In this document: piece after piece, positions 11,411 through 24,014 of the stretch
How positions within the stretch are numbered: position 1 is the stretch's first letter
Layout: every line of letters begins with the position of its first letter
NCBI RefSeq assembly: GCF_001194135.2
Contig: NC_069000.1
Location: 23,226,490 to 23,267,202 of the forward strand
Length of the DNA: 40,713 nt
Source: Octopus bimaculoides
Taxonomy: Eukaryota
Direction: 5' to 3'
The notes under the pieces: model-generated
Databases searched by the model: none
Told to the model about the DNA's origin: nothing
The model's input: only the letters and a program-made list of their open reading frames with translations
Made by a program: the position numbers and the translations under genes

Positions 11411-12003
11411 TCGCTTTCATTGAAAGCAGTGATTCAGTGTGTATTAGTTTTGATGGCATGAGTGGAGAGTTTGATGGAGTATTTAAAATTAAGTCTATTT
11501 CACTGATTAGGAAACATAATAAAGGATACTTGATATCTGAAAAAGTGTTGAAGAGTTTAATTTGTTCTGCTGGTGGGGTGGTGTGTTAGTGGAAGGGGTT
11601 TGTAAATAAAATGTAATAGAATTGTTAATTAAGCAGGTTTGAATGTTTGCTTGTGAAATGAAGTTCACTGATGCATGAAGCTCCTTATTTACAAAGTATC
11701 TAGTAAGTATTATAAAGGAATAATTTTTGAGGGATGGAGAGAGTGGAAATATTCATTAGTGGGATTTTATATGCTTTTTAACAAATTAATTAGTTTACGG
11801 GAGAGGTGAGTGGTATGTAAGGAAAGCATGGGTGGTGTTGGAAATAAGGTGGGGCTGAGATCCAAATATTTGTTCACTTGTATAGTGGCTGACAGGTATT
11901 TATATCCACAGACTGATAAGGTGTGTACAGTACCTATAGTGACCATCATATGCTCTTCAAGACTGGCAAGAGGTGGGTAGAGAACTTCTGGCCTTAGGTC
12001 TAG

Positions 12004-13038
12004 AATTTATGAAACTTTATGTCCAGATGTTATGAAGATTCAAGTCCAAATGTTATGAAGATCCATGTGCAGATGTTATGAAGGTCGAAATCCAGATGTT
12101 ATGGAGGTTCAAATACAGATGTTATGAAGCTTCCGGTCCAGATGTTATGAAACTTCAGATCCAGATGTTATGAGAATCCAGGTCCAGATGTTATGAAGTT
12201 TCAGGTCCAAATGTTATGAAGATCCATGTGCAGATGTTATGAAGGTCGAAATCCAGATGTTATGAAGATCCAAATCCAGATGTTATGAAGCCTCAGATCC
12301 AAATGTTATGAAGCTTCAGATCCAGATGTTATGAAGGTCCAGGTCCAGATGTTATGAAGCTTCATGTCCAGGATTTATGAAGTTTTATGTCCAGATGTTA
12401 TGAAGCTTCATGTCCAAATGTTAGGAAGATCCTTGTCCAGATGCTATAAAGATTCAAGTCCAGATATTATGAAGCTTCAGGTTCAGATGTTATGAAACTT
12501 CAGGTCCAGATGTTATGAAGCTTCAGGTCCAGATGTTATGAAACTTCAGATCCAGATGTTACGAAGCTTCAGATCTAATTATTATGAAGATCCATGTCAA
12601 GATGTTATGAAGCTTCATGTCCAGAATCTATGAAGCTTTATGTCCAGATGTTATAAAGCTTCAGATCCACATGTTATGAAGCTTCAGGTTTAGATTTTAT
12701 GAAGCTTCAGGTCCAGATGTTATGAAAGTCCAAATCCAGATGTTATGAAGCTTCAGGTTTATATATTATGAAGATCCATGTCCAGATGTCATGAAGGTCG
12801 AAATCCAGATGTTATGAAGATCCATGTCCAGATGTTATGAAGCTTCAGGTTCAGATGTTAGGAAGATCCAAGTACAGAATTTATTAAGTTTTATGTCCAA
12901 ATGTTATGGAGTTTCATGTCCAAATGTTATGAAGATCAATGTCCAGATGTTATGAAGGTCCAAATCCAGATGTTAAGAAGCTTCAGGTCCAGAATTTATG
13001 AAGCTTCAGGTCTAGATGTTATGAGGCTTCAGGTTGAG
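12004..13038. repeat. 23-bp minisatellite, 45 units, consensus ATGTTATGAAGCTTCAGGTCCAG
   Basis: Unit starts checked at 12004, 12027, 12050, 12211, 12280, 12303, 12763, 12970, 12993 and 13016 are all in 23-bp phase. Confidence 0.95.
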
Positions 13039-13290
13039 GTGCTATGTAGCCTCTTAGTTGAGATGGTATGTAGACTAATAGTTCAAAGTATGTGTAAGTT
13101 CTACTTACAGTATATCACTTCTTAGTTCAGATAGTATGTCATTTCCGGGTTCAAGTAGCATGTAGTTTCCTGGTTTAGATATGTAACTTCCTGGTTTAGA
13201 CACGTAGCCTTCAGGTTAAGATGGTATGTGGCTTCCCCACTCAGATAGTGCATAGATTCTTTGTTCAGATGGTACATATTTTTACAGTTC
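13039..13290. repeat. Degenerate 21-25-bp tandem repeat adjoining the minisatellite (AGATGGTATGTAGCTTCCTGGTTC-like)
   Basis: Recurring AGAT(G/A)GTATGT..GGTT(C/T) units, about 10 copies. Confidence 0.6.
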
Positions 13291-13569
13291 AATACAGTTA
13301 TAAGTATTGTTGATGGTTAAAGCAGTTGTCAGTGGTAATACTGAAACAGAAAGTTATCAGCAATAATATCTATAATAGCCAATGAAAACACCAACAAACT
13401 CTATGCAAATAAAGACTGTAACTAATTGAAATAGCCACAAAATACTTATAACCCTTCAAAAGGATTTTCTAAAGTTTCATATTGATAAAAATAATGAAGA
13501 AATTCTGAACAATCCTGAGGAGTTTTTTTAATCAATCAACATTTACCAATTACTGAAGTTAGCGAAGCT

Positions 13570-13795
13570 AGTAGAATTGTTAACATGTGAGACAAAATGC
13601 TTAGTGGCATTTTTATCTGTTTTTACATTCTGAGTTCAAATTCCTCTGAGGTCAAGTTTGCCTTTCATCATTTTGTATGGGTGTGATGGTGGGGTCAGTT
13701 AGATAAGTACCAGTCAAGTACTGGAGGTTGGTTTAATCAACTAATCCCCATCCCCGTCCCCAAAATTCCAGGCCTTGTTCCAATAGTGGAAAGGA
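13570..13795 (+). mobile_element. SINE family B copy
   Basis: TTCTGAGTTCAAATTCC..GCCTTTCATC..GATAAGTACCAGTC..GGCCTTGTTCC. Confidence 0.8.
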
Positions 13796-14085
13796 ATATT
13801 TATCAATTGATGATGGTGATAAGTGACAGTGGTGGGGATGGCGAAGGCAGAGATGTTGGAGGTAAGGTGGGGGTGGTGCTGGTGCTGGTATATTGGTTGT
13901 GATGGTGGTATTGGCAGCAGTGGTGCTGGTGCTGAATTAGTGGTGTTGGCAGTGATGCTGTTGATGCTGATGCTGGCAGTGATGTGGTAATCATGATTAT
14001 GTTGACAGTAATGAGCCCTATGATGAAAAACATTCTCAAACATTGCAAACATCACTCCCTACAAAGCAGTTTATCATTACTAGCA

Positions 14086-14129
<44 letters not shown>

Positions 14130-14448
14130 ATTTTTGACTAATCATAAAACAAGCCACAAGAAGATTTTTGCTCACCAATGGAAACAAGAGGCAACAAAGA
14201 CATTGTAAGCAACCAAAAACATTCATCCAAGCATACACCACAAAGAAGTTACTTTGTTTTGATGTTGTTGTTGCTGCTGTTGTTGTTGTTGTTGTTGTTG
14301 TTGTAGTTTTTGTTTGTTTGCTTGGTTGTATGTTTTAACCAATCACAAACATCTATGTAATAAAGACTTTCTATCCAGTTTCTAACTAGCTGAAGCATTC
14401 ATTGAAAATATATAATTAACGAGTGAGGAAAACATTATTACATCTATA

Positions 14449-15990
<1,542 letters not shown>

Positions 15991-16625
15991 TAAGGGGTAA
16001 CCCAAAAGTAACAGGAAACGTTCTCTGTGGAATAAGTCTGTTGTAGTCCAGGCCTCCACACTAGAAGCTTCTTGATGCAGCCCTCAAGCATCAGTCTGCT
16101 GGCCTGTGTCGATGGTTGAAGTCATACTGCCACATGGTGCATATTTGTTTTGCAGTGCAGTGCTCCTCCCCTGTTTGTCAATTTTTGCAATGGCTGAAAT
16201 GAAGGGACAATGCGCTTCCATGAAATTTTGTTTTCTGCTGTGGAAAATGGTGGCTGAAACAGCTCTTATGCCTCAAACAACTTACAAGGATGCTGCCATG
16301 AGCAAAACACAAGTTGAAGAATGGTTTTCACATTTTAAGAATGATCACTTGTGGCTTGAGGACCAACCTGGTTCAGGATGACCGTCAACCTCCCAAACAA
16401 ATGAAAACCTCACAAAAATTCATGAATTGAATTTAAAGGACAATCACTGAACAATTGACAAACTTGTTGATATGACTCATGTGTCCTGGAACTCCTCCAA
16501 ACGAATTTTGAGTAAGGAATTTCGAATGAAAAGAGCTGCAGTAAAATTTATGCTTCACTTGCTCATGGAAGATCAAAAGCAGTCAGGACTGAATGCCTGT
16601 CTTGAACTGAAAGAACAGGTGGAAT
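15991..16625 (+). mobile_element. 5' half of a mariner element (left TIR plus N-terminal transposase pseudogene)
   Basis: TA then TAAGGGGTAACCCAAAAGTAAC (CGAGGGG-type mariner end after CpG decay). From 16190: MAEMKGQCASMKFCFLLWK..EWFSHFKN..LEDQPGSG*PSTS..KRILSKEFRMKRAAVKFMLHLLMEDQK (GRP and WVPR-equivalent regions). Ends at a SINE B fragment near 16622. Confidence 0.88.
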
Positions 16626-17169
16626 TTGGACTCAGAATGTAAAGACAAACAAAAAGCTGGTAAGGAAGGAATTTAATAATGCAATGTATTTTTGTTCAAC
16701 CCAGTGAAATTATCTTGTTCTTCCATACTGATATACACATACCTATACATGTATACGCACATACATACATAATATATATATAGTTGAATATATATATATA
16801 GTTGAATATGACTATCACTGACAAAACAATGCCTGTGCAAAATTTTTGGTCCAAAAAGGTTTGCAGGACACCTTTCAAACCCTCTCCACTCTATTGACAT
16901 GATCCAAAAACAAGCTGAGGCAAAACTATGCAGGCTCAGGAATGTGGGAGTGCTATGATCTCAAGTGCAAGCAAGAGTTCCCCAAAATGTCAACGCCATT
17001 CCATGCATGTCCAATTTTATATCTGAATAACCTGCTTTGAGAGACATGCTTTAGCAAAAGCTGAGGAGTGACTCACTCACAGTGGTCTTCCACTATGCCA
17101 GGCACCAAACTGGAATTTATGAGTGGCCATGCTATTGCAGGAGAGTTATTGAACTTACACTGGGCTCAT

Positions 17170-17345
17170 CTGTCCTTTTGACAAGTTTCGTTTTTAGTCT
17201 TGCTGGGTTCCTAGCAACCCTCCTCATCAGGCTAACCTAGTGATACTGCTGGTTTAGTTGCCAATGGTTTGACCATGGAACAGGTTTACTGGATTCCATG
17301 TTACCAGTAGCACTCCTGAGGGACTTCACAAGTAGCCTGACATAA
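17170..17345 (-). ncRNA. Hammerhead-ribozyme-like core in a structured repeat (probably defective)
   Basis: Minus strand: CTGATGA (17230-17224) G..C GAAA C TT GTC (17190-17179). An upstream GTC-AGGCTA pairs with TAGCCTGAT. Stem I is out of canonical register. Confidence 0.4.
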
Positions 17346-17384
17346 TAGACTTCCATACATACACATATAGTCACATTCATACAC

Positions 17385-17436
<52 letters not shown>

Positions 17437-17684
17437 TACACACACTCACACATATATACTCACAGTTAGTTAATGATTGTTTATATATGCATAAAATGAT
17501 GAACGGTAACCGAATAAAGTACTAAATATCAGCTTGGAGTCTAACATCATAAAACATTTTGTTGACTGTGACTTCAAAGTTCTAACAAGTGTGCAGCTTA
17601 TTCAAATTTCTTGAATAAGCTACAATTGTGGGATAGTTTAAATGTGTGGGGGATATCAAAGGAAAGTTAACTGATTACTGATTC

Positions 17685-18160
17685 CTGTGGGAAAAGTAGT
17701 TCCTAACTGGGAAATGAGTCTTTGTTCCTGGAGAAGTTTAGTGGTTAGAGTAACATATCACTGGAGAAATTTAAAGTTGGACAGGTCAATAATGCAAATG
17801 TCCAGAACTGTGACATGCAGCAGATCTGAGATTTTTGGTTCTGTGTTTATTTCATTACACATCCAGCAGAATCATCCCTCCTTGAATCAATTTGCTTTCA
17901 ACTGGTTTCAGGATCATACAGGAGACCAGAAAGTTGGTACTTAATGCAAGAAGTTACATTCTTAACAGTGCAAGTGAACAATCCTTGATATGGATTATCA
18001 TACAGGGACTGTGCACAGTGGTAATGCTATATGTGAATGGACAGGTGCTGCAGTTTAAACAGGAACAAATAGATGATCTGGAGTCAGATTTGACATAGAA
18101 GGGTGAAACTGTGGACAAGGAAGTTTTGCCAGTTGTAGATACATGTGAATAAGAGAAAGA
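17685..18160 (-). pseudogene. Penelope-like element GIY-YIG endonuclease relic with Cys-rich linker
   Basis: Frame-hopping translation: QNFLVHSF..SICSCLNCSTCPFTYSITTVHSP..QGLFTCTVKNVTSCIKYQLSGLLYDPETS..HSSGH..LQEQRLISQLGTTFPTGI. Matches the PLE pattern CxxCxTCP..FTCTSxNVIYCIxC..CGxxYIGET..EQxxIxxLGTxxPxGIN. Confidence 0.75.
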
Positions 18161-18218
18161 GGTGTTCAGGAATGATATGGGAATGATATGGCATAGCTGA
18201 AGTAAAGGAAACTGGAAG

Positions 18219-18336
18219 TTAGACAGAGAGACTGACAGACAGACCGCTAGCCAGACAGACAGTCATGCAGACTTGTAGACAGACAGACAGATAAACAAAC
18301 TGACAGGCAGGCCAAGAGGCATGCAGATGTTCAAGC

Positions 18337-18410
<74 letters not shown>

Positions 18411-19244
18411 ACAGAAATAAAGAAAAGGAGACAGAAGGAGAGAAGAAAATATAGCTGAACAGATAGATATAGACATAGAGACAGCTGTGTTGATAAGAGA
18501 AAGGTGAAATGAGGAGAAAGGAGAAGAGAGAGGTAAATATAATCAGTGAGTGAGTGAGTGAAGGAGTGGGTGAACTAATAAGAAAAACAGGTTACATTAA
18601 CACTTCAGTATTGACAAAATGGTATGAAGATAAATGGAGAGCCAGTGACTGTTATACCAATAGTAAAGAGAGTGAAAGTTAAAGACTGGTAGACAGAGTA
18701 AGAAATAGAATAAAAGAGAGAAAGAAAGGTAGAGATATTCAGCAAGGAGAGATAAAGAGAATGAGAGATAAAGAGAATGAGAGAGATCAGCACGTAAAGA
18801 GATTGCAAAATATTCTGCAGCAAATCTTTAGTGTGAATAAAAGAAGAACAGAGAAACAAAAGCAGAGAGAGAGAAAGCAAGAAAGAGAGAAAGAGAGATG
18901 AAGACAGAAAGAGAGAAAGAGGGATGAAAACAGAAAGAGAGAAACATGCATCCAGTGAAAGGAGGAGAGAAAGAGGGAGGGATAGAGAGAGAGAGACATA
19001 AAACATAGCAAGTTAGAGATAGACTGAGGGACACAACACACTGCAAGATAGAGATAGAGAAAGAAAGTGGATAACCAACAGTGACTGAGTGGTTGAGAAT
19101 TAAAGAGAGAAAGACGAGGAGTCTGGAAGAGATCAAGAAGAATGAGTGAGAGGAGAGAGATTGCAAGACAGAAAGACTTAGTAAAAAGTTCCAATCGGAC
19201 AAAAGAGAAACAAAGAGACAAAGACAAAAGCAGAGAGAGAGAGA

Positions 19245-19278
<34 letters not shown>

Positions 19279-19330
19279 GATGGAGAGAGAGATGGAGGGA
19301 GAGGGGAAGAGAGAGGGAGTGTGTGTGATG
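18219..19330. repeat. (GACA)n/(GATA)n and GA-rich low-complexity tract
   Basis: Direct reading. Confidence 0.9.
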
Positions 19331-19620
19331 TGAAGATAAGCTATAATAAAACTTCAGTGTAGACAAAAGAAAAGTGAGAGAAAATTGTTGTGTGATAAAT
19401 TGTGAGATAATTGTTATTCTCAATAATTTACACATCAAACAATGTGTACGATATTTATATATATACATACATGCATATATATATATATAGTTTTATATAT
19501 ATATACACAAATATATGCATGTATGTACGTGTGTGTATGCACATATTATATATATGTATGTGTGTGTGTGTATGTGTGTATGTATATACAAATATATGTA
19601 TATGTGCATATATATGTATG

Positions 19621-19663
<43 letters not shown>

Positions 19664-20649
19664 CACATACATATTATATGTGTGTGTGTGTCTGTGTCTG
19701 TGTATGATATATATATCATACATATATACCAATATACATATTCATACATATATGCATATATGTACATATATATATGTATGTAAACATACACATGAATATA
19801 TACATACATATGCATACAAAGTCCCACACATAGATGTACAAATTCATAGACACACACATACAAGTATAGATATAGTTCATGAATTAGCACTATGTGAATG
19901 TGGATTTGGTGTGTGTGGGGTGAGTAAATGGAGGGTAGGTAGTTGGCAGGTAAGTAAGTAGACACTAGTGTATATAACTGGGTGTTTAGGTGAATAGCTA
20001 TGTGAGAAATCAATGGAGTTAGTGAGGAGACTCTTGGGGTGGCAAGTTCAATTCTGAATCCAGACAGTCTTTTGTTTTTCTGTATATGAGCTTGTATTAA
20101 AACCACTGTTATGCTTTTTGATAACGGTAGGTCATACTGGAGCAGACAGACTTGGACTCATTGTGCAAATTAAAGACTGGATGGCCATGCCAGGAAAGCT
20201 TTTAGTCAACAGTTTCAAATTTTGGCACACGGCCAGAAAATTTGGTGGAGGGCCTAGTGGTTTCAATAACCCTCGTGTTTGACAGACAGTTATTTTATTG
20301 ACCCCAGAAAAGGATGAAATGCAAATATTAACAACAGTTTATCAGCAGTTACATTAACGACAACAACATCAACAAAAATACCCACTACATATTCTTGACA
20401 ACAACCACAACAATAGCAAACACAACAATAGCAGTAACAACAACAACAAAAATAACAATTGTATCAGCAACAGCATCATTGATATTGAACAAGAGCAATA
20501 ACAACAAATACCAGGTAATATGCAAAACCAAGGTAGGGCTAAGACCCGTCGTCCAGAAGTTACTCTCTGTTTGTTTTTTAAGCAGGTCTGCCATCTGTTT
20601 CCAGTTTGCCAGGCTTATCATGTGTTTATAACATTATTAATTTTTGCTA

Positions 20650-20770
20650 GTTGAGTGGACTAGAAGAACATGAAACGAACACAAGGCACTGCCTGGTCTA
20701 GGAATGAAAAAAAAACATGATTTTATGATCATGAGTCCAACACCCTAACTACTGAGTTAAATGCCTCCGC
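20650..20770 (-). mobile_element. SINE family C fragment
   Basis: GAGTGGACTAGAAG..ATCATGAGTCCAACACCCTAAC matches ~7625-7740. Confidence 0.7.
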
Positions 20771-20984
20771 CAATAACAACAACAAAACAATAATTACAGC
20801 TACAACATCAATAACAATAATATTAACAATAATAACAGTGACAGTAATAACAATAACAACAACAGCAACCACAACCTCAATAGCAACTACATTAACAACA
20901 ACTACAGTTACAATTTTGGTAGCAACAATAGTAACAATAATAATAAAAAAACATAATCATCATTATTATATATGAGTATAAAAC

Positions 20985-21195
20985 AGTGAGATGGCAGAAT
21001 CATTAGCACACTGGGCAAAATGCTTTGCAGTATTTTACCTGTCTTTACATTCTGAGTTCAAATTCTGTCAAGGTTGACTTTGTCTTTCATCCTTTTGGGG
21101 TCGATAAATTAAGTACCAGTGGAACACTGGGGTCGATGTAATCTACTAGTCTCCTCCCCCAAACTTTCAGGCCTTGAGCATTTAGTAGAAAGGAT
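20985..21195 (+). mobile_element. SINE family B copy
   Basis: GATGGCAGAATCATTAGCACACTGGGCAAAATGC..CTTTCATCCTTTTGGGGTCGATAAATTAAGTACCAG. Confidence 0.85.
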
Positions 21196-22069
21196 TATTA
21201 TATTTGGGTATATTTCTCCCCATCATACTCCTCATCAGCTGTTGGACTTCTGCCTTTCTTTAAATGCATGTCATATTAAGTAATGTTCTTGATATGATTT
21301 GTCTATCTTCTATAAGTTGCATGTTGTTTAGATCTGTAGTTTATAGGACAGTATTCAAAAGTATTTCTACCCTTTGGGGAAATTTCTCCACAACTGTCTT
21401 AAGAATATTAAGACTTCTGAACCTTTATATTCTTGCTTAACCACTCTTTTTACAGATGAAAATTAATTTTTATTGCAGCAAGACCCAAATGATATAGAAA
21501 TTAATAATTAATTTTTTTCCAAAATGTTTAAACTACAGTCAAAAGGTCCAGTTCATAAACTGACAAAAAGTAAATTACTTACAAAGACCAATAAGGAACC
21601 CCAAATAATATTTTTCATTATTTTTCAAAATTAATTGTTACTTTGCAATTGTTTTTACATGTATCTTTTTTATATTTAAAAAATACTTTGTTTCTGAGTG
21701 TTACATTCACAGGTTATTTAAACGCTGTAGAGCGATGAAAACAGTAGTGGTAGTAGTGATGTGGTGGTGGTGGTGGTGGTGGTGGCAACTTATTTATAAT
21801 AATGTACTTTTCTCTGTTGGCATGTTATTACTTTTCCATTTTCTACCATTTATTTCTACATTCATTGATAGATTTTTTTTTTATCATGCTTGGTAGTGGT
21901 TTAGTTTTGCTCCCTGTAATCTTCCTGGAGGGTAAATCCAAGGAAAAAGTACACCACTTCCTTTTTTTAATTATTTTAGCATTAGACAGTAGAATAAAAA
22001 TGAAAATATTTCTAAGAACCAACTTTGTTTTCAAACCTTAGCAGGGGTTGTCCTTCCTAGAATAACTAT

Positions 22070-22325
22070 CTTTTATCTTTTATCTTTTACTTGTTTCAGT
22101 CATTTGACTGTCATCATGCTGATGAAGTGTTTTAGTTGAACAAATCAACCCCACGACATTTTTTAAGCCTTGTACTCATTCTATCAGTTTCTTTTGCTGA
22201 ACCAATAGTTTACAGGGACATAAATACACCAACACTAGATGTCAAATAGTGGGGGGGGGGAACACAGACACAAAGTGACGTCTATGTAAATGATAGGATT
22301 CTTTCAGTTTCCATCTGCCAAATGC
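22070..22325 (-). mobile_element. SINE family A, 3' half and start of 5' half
   Basis: CTTTTATCTTTTACTTGTTTCAGTCATTTGACTG..GGGGGGGAACACAGACAC..TTCTTTCAGTTTCC. Confidence 0.75.
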
Positions 22326-22489
22326 ATCACAGGGTTTAGTTGTGAGAGCAGTCGAGTTTAGTTCAGATATTCTCATTTTAAAAATCATCTCCAGCTAATC
22401 ATTGAGAGGATGTTGGTGTTGCCTTGGTAGAGGTTTGTGCTCTCTGAGTGCTCTTGTTATTATTATTATCATTGTTATCATTATTAATC

Positions 22490-22711
22490 AGGGACCTTTT
22501 GAGCAGACTGGGCTATTCAACATGAAGAAAATTCTAACTGGCCCCACCTGCAAGGTCATGTGCTGTTTATTTCGATATGAGATCACCATGTCTTACACAT
22601 AGGGTTGTGATGTATGTGCTTGATGTACCCTTATCAGACGGGTAGTCATGATGGATATATTGGGCTTCATACCCCAGTATCACTTTGATCACATGCACTG
22701 CTCTCTCACTC

Positions 22712-22749
<38 letters not shown>
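22490..22749 (+). mobile_element. Retroelement 3' UTR-like segment ending in (AAT)n
   Basis: GTACCCTTATCAGACGGGTAGTCATGATGG..CACTGCTCTCTCACTC(AAT)n. Recalled as a common octopus repeat; family not established from this sequence. Confidence 0.45.
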
Positions 22750-23148
22750 GAGAAAAAATGAAGAAATAAAATGCTTTCTAATTGATGTATCAATACCAGC
22801 AGATGACAACGTTTCCCTAAAAGAAATGGAAAAACTTTCAAAATACAAAGACCTAGAAATAGAGGTAACTCGAATGTGGAATCTAAAAACAGAAACAATT
22901 CCTATCATAGTAGGTGCCTTAGGTATAATAAAAAAATATTCAGACAAATACATAACAAAAACACCAGGACTTACAAATATATATAACATACAGAAAATTG
23001 CACTACTGGGCACCGCACACATCCTACACAAAACACTTTCAATACAGTAACCATAAGAGCATCACAGCAAACCACAGCACATACCCAAGGCACACAGAGC
23101 TGCGCTCGGTAGTGAAGTGAAAGCACATTATAAAAATAAAACTACTGA
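22750..23148 (+). mobile_element. 5'-truncated R4/Dong-type LINE, RLE domain with open frame to stop at 23050, plus 3' UTR
   Basis: KCFLIDVSIPADDNVSLKEMEKLSKYKDLEIEVTRMWNLKTETIPIIVGALGIIKK..IQKIALLGTAHILHKTLSIQ*. Shows the RLE D..E..K..KY.DL pattern; (AAT)n on both sides. Confidence 0.9.
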
Positions 23149-23196
23149 ACAATAACAATAATAATAATAATAATGATGATAATGATAATGACAATG

Positions 23197-23248
<52 letters not shown>

Positions 23249-23305
23249 TAGTTATAGTAATAATGTGACACACAGTCACACTGATATGTCACTTTGAAAA
23301 TTATA

Positions 23306-23450
23306 TATATTTTCAAACAGGAGTTTAGTAGTGCCATCTCTAGCCAAGCAGTTATTCTGTGCCTAGGAAGAGAAATAACCCAGAAACTGTGCTCCACAGA
23401 TATTGCTTTGTGCTGAGTGGGGATGCTAGACTCTCCAGTTTGAAAATATA
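23306..23450. repeat. MITE-like inverted repeat with ~60-bp degenerate arms
   Basis: TATATTTTCAAACAGGAG (23306-23323) versus the reverse complement of 23433-23450, 17/18 identical; looser pairing continues inward. Confidence 0.55.
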
Positions 23451-23580
23451 AGGACACAGATAGTGTGCCTCATAGCCAGCTGGAGACGATGTTTCCTGGG
23501 GCTAAATAACAGTAACATTCGTCCCAACCCGGACTGCCACATTATGTTGGCAAATAACCTTTACGATTAAATAAAGTATT

Positions 23581-24014
23581 CTCTTTTACTCTGTTACTTG
23601 TTTCAATCATTTGACTGCGGCCATGCTGGAGCACCAGCTTAAAAGGTTGTTTAGTTGAAGAAATCAACCCCAGGACTTATTCTTTGTAAGCTTCGTACTT
23701 ATTCTATCAGTCTCTTTTGCTGAACTGCTAAGTTACAGGGATGTAAACGCACAACCATATGTCGTCAAGTTATGGTGGAGGGAGAAACACACACGGGGCC
23801 TGGTGCAGCCCACTGGTTTGCCAGACCTCAGTCAAACCGTCCAACCTATGCCAACATTGAAAGCAGACATTAAATGATGATGATGATGATGATATATATG
23901 CAATGGGCTTCTTTCAGTTTCCGTCTACCAAATTCATTCACAGTGGCTTTGGTCAGCCTGAGGCTATAGTAGAAGGCACTTGCCCAAGGTGCCACACAGA
24001 GGGACTGAAAACCA
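23581..24014 (-). mobile_element. SINE family A split by an RTE 3' tail
   Basis: 3' half 23581-23794, 5' half ~23899-24014. Confidence 0.8.
23795..23893 (+). mobile_element. RTE 3' tail, diverged, inside SINE A
   Basis: GCCTGGTGCAGCC..CAGTCAAACCGTCCAACCTATGCC..GACATTAAAT(GAT)n. Confidence 0.75.

Noticed and set aside
11560-11950. Possible very old Penelope-like endonuclease remnant on the minus strand (CGYKYLSAT; ISELHFTSKH..LN)
   Set aside because: Motif matches are too short and degenerate to support without an HMM search.
12004-13038. CRISPR-like look (constant part plus variable part)
   Set aside because: Variable parts are ~12-bp point variants of one consensus, not unique spacers; no cas genes; animal DNA.
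18605-19468. Leu/Ser/Phe-rich hydrophobic ORFs on the minus strand
   Set aside because: Product of the GA-rich low-complexity tract; no domain motif.
20511-20630. Short non-repetitive island with splice-like signals amid (AAC)n
   Set aside because: No consistent exon model or recognisable peptide.
21195-21260. Other CTGATGA occurrences (minus 21233-21239; plus 5848 and 22119)
   Set aside because: No properly closed stem II/GAAAC/UH arrangement, so not hammerheads.
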